Position numbers and translations under genes: made by a program
NCBI GenBank assembly: GCA_034530615.2
Contig: JAVRCV020000065.1
Coordinates: forward strand, 64,001 to 128,000
Length of the DNA: 64,000 bases
Direction of reading: 5' to 3'
DNA from: Aulosira sp. ZfuVER01
GTDB lineage: Bacteria; Cyanobacteriota; Cyanobacteriia; Cyanobacteriales; Nostocaceae
The notes under the pieces: generated by a model
Told to the model about the DNA's origin: nothing
The model's database searches: none
The model's input: only the letters and a program-made list of their open reading frames with translations
Part shown: in pieces, positions 61,950 through 64,000 of the stretch
Position numbering within the stretch: position 1 is the stretch's first letter
Layout: the number at the start of each line of letters is the position of its first letter

Positions 61950-63170
61950 ATGCTCGAATTTTGGAATAATCTGTTTACTTTCGGCCCATTTATTCCTCAC
62001 GGCCACTGCTACCTCTGGAAGCCAAGTTTAGTATGGCTCCATTTCATGTCCGACTCGCTGATTGCTTTAGCCTATTACTCGATCCCCATCACACTGGTTT
62101 ATTTTGTACGTCAGCGGCAAGACTTACCCTTTGATTGGATATTTTTGCTGTTTAGTGCTTTCATTATTGCTTGTGGTACTACCCATGTGATGGAAGTGTG
62201 GACGCTGTGGTATCCAACTTATTGGATTTCAGGGTTACTGAAAGCCATAACAGCACTTGTTTCAGTGTACACAGCAATGGTACTAGTACCACTCGTACCC
62301 AAAGCGATCGCTCTACCCAGTCCAGCACAGTTGGAAGCTGCTAACCTAGAACTACGACAACAAATTACCCAGCGCCAGAAAGCAGAAAATGCCCTGCAAT
62401 TAGTGAACGAAGAGTTAGAAACCAGAGTCAAGAACCGAACTTTAGAACTAGCTCAGATTAATGAAGAATTGAAAACTGAAATTGCACAGCGGCTAAAAGC
62501 ACAAAAGCGACTGCAAACTCTATCTGGCAAGTTAATTGAAGCACAAGAAGCAGAACGGCGTCGCCTTGCACGGGAATTACATGATGAAATTGGTCAAGCA
62601 TTAACAGCAGTAAAAATCAATTTGCAAACCTTACAACATTTATCCCATCTCAATAAAACAGAATTGCCATTGCAGGACAGTATTGACATAGTTGAAGTTG
62701 CTCTGCAACAAGTACGCAGCTTATCACTTGATTTACGACCTTCATTATTAGATGATTTGGGGCTAGTGGTAGCACTACGGTGGTACATAGATCGTCAAAC
62801 TCAACGTGCTGGTATCATTGGAGAATTGGTAAGCCAGCCTTTAGAAACCAAGCTATCGCCAAACTTAGAAACAACCTGCTTTCGTATTGTCCAAGAAGCC
62901 CTCACCAATGTGGTGCGCCATGCTAAAGCACAACTGGTAACTGTTAAATTATGGCAACAGGAAACTCAGCTGCATCTAATAATTCGCGATGATGGTATTG
63001 GGTTTGATGTGAATTTAGCAAAGGAAAAAGCTACTAAGGGGGGAAGTTTAGGTTTGCTAGGAATGGAAGAGCGTGTTTTGCTAATTGGCGGTCAAATCGA
63101 GATTAAATCTGTTCCTGAACACGGCACTGAAATTCACGCTATTTTCCCACTTTCTGAAAATCAAACTTAG
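61950..63170 (+). CDS. HisKA_3 (NarX/UhpB-type) histidine kinase with ETR1-type ethylene-binding domain
   Basis: SDSLIALAYYSIP, FIIACGTTHV; ERRRLARELHDEIGQ; EALTNVVRHA, DDGIGF, GLLGMEER. Confidence 0.9.
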   Translation: MLEFWNNLFTFGPFIPHGHCYLWKPSLVWLHFMSDSLIALAYYSIPITLVYFVRQRQDLPFDWIFLLFSAFIIACGTTHVMEVWTLWYPTYWISGLLKAITALVSVYTAMVLVPLVPKAIALPSPAQLEAANLELRQQITQRQKAENALQLVNEELETRVKNRTLELAQINEELKTEIAQRLKAQKRLQTLSGKLIEAQEAERRRLARELHDEIGQALTAVKINLQTLQHLSHLNKTELPLQDSIDIVEVALQQVRSLSLDLRPSLLDDLGLVVALRWYIDRQTQRAGIIGELVSQPLETKLSPNLETTCFRIVQEALTNVVRHAKAQLVTVKLWQQETQLHLIIRDDGIGFDVNLAKEKATKGGSLGLLGMEERVLLIGGQIEIKSVPEHGTEIHAIFPLSENQT

Positions 63171-63305
63171 ATCGATTGATAGTTTGAGGGAAAAACAAGG
63201 GAAAATATGAACATAATGCTTGATTCCAAACTTATTTAGCCTTATTTTCACTAACCAATTCATACCTTTTTAGACAAAAACCGCTAGTTTCCGATAATCC
63301 GCTAA

Positions 63306-63971
63306 ATGACCGCAGCCCCACAATTGATTCGTGTTTTACTAGCAGACAATCATACTCTTGTCCGTGCTGGATTGCGTGCGCTCCTACACACTATCCAGGG
63401 TATACAAGTAATTGCAGAAGCAGGTGATGGGCGTGAGGCTCTACACTTGATTGCAAAACATCAACCTGATGTAGTGTTGATGGATATTGCCATGCCAGAA
63501 ATGAATGGCTTAGAAGCTGCGGCACATGTGGTTAAAGAATTTCCCCAGGTACGGGTAATTATGCTTTCTATGCACGCGAATGAGGAATACGTGTTGCAAG
63601 CATTACGTATAGGAGCAATGGGTTATTTACTCAAAGATGCTGGTATTAGTGAACTTGAACTAGCTATTAAAGCGATTTCTCAAGGTGAAACCTATCTTAG
63701 TCCAGCAGTTTCCAAGCATGTTGTTGCCAATTACTTACAGCGGGTAGGTAATGAGCCTAATTCTTTAGAACAATTAACATCACGCCAGCGCGAAATTTTG
63801 CAGTTAATTGCCGAAGGGCGAAGCACAAAAGAAATTGCGGAACTACTATATATCAGTGTCAAAACAGTAGAAACCCATCGAATGCAACTAATGAAGCGGC
63901 TAGATATTCATGATGTCGCTGGATTAGTGCGCTATGCCATTCGCATGGGACTGGTAATTTCAGATAGCTAA
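63306..63971 (+). CDS. NarL/LuxR-family response regulator
   Basis: Receiver VVLMDIAMP..GYLLKD plus LuxR HTH LTSRQREIL..SVKTVETHR. Confidence 0.94.
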   Translation: MTAAPQLIRVLLADNHTLVRAGLRALLHTIQGIQVIAEAGDGREALHLIAKHQPDVVLMDIAMPEMNGLEAAAHVVKEFPQVRVIMLSMHANEEYVLQALRIGAMGYLLKDAGISELELAIKAISQGETYLSPAVSKHVVANYLQRVGNEPNSLEQLTSRQREILQLIAEGRSTKEIAELLYISVKTVETHRMQLMKRLDIHDVAGLVRYAIRMGLVISDS

Positions 63972-64000
63972 TACAGGAAAAAATTTTTATCATTAATGTA

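Overview
Chromosomal segment of a filamentous, probably heterocyst-forming cyanobacterium (Nostoc/Anabaena-like). This is inferred from dense HIP1 (GCGATCGC) sites, STRR heptamer runs, plmA, a devT-like gene, psb32, Yfr1 and an STRR-expanded rnpB. Most of the window is conserved backbone: asd-dapA-rnj, tig-clpP-clpX, plmA, nadA, guaB3-Yfr1-trxA, galE, surE, rnpB-rnc, corA, groEL with CIRCE, and fabG. The main accessory feature is an AT-rich ~7 kb block (about 15.0-22.4 kb) next to the 3' end of tRNA-Ser(UGA). It carries a ZorA/ZorB-like (MotA/MotB-type) membrane pair, a divergently transcribed membrane-anchored Ser/Thr kinase, a convergent McrA-like HNH nuclease, a VapBC-type TA pair, a decayed second TA and an XRE repressor switch; this is a candidate non-canonical Zorya-like defence locus. 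The window also has two ETR1-type ethylene-binding-domain kinases (one with degenerate ATP boxes, one HisKA_3 paired with a NarL regulator), tandem NrtR-like boxes before nadA, several nested small dispersed repeats, and unannotated pseudogenes (UPF0175, IS630, RelE/ParE). All calls come from reading motifs by eye; no searches were run.
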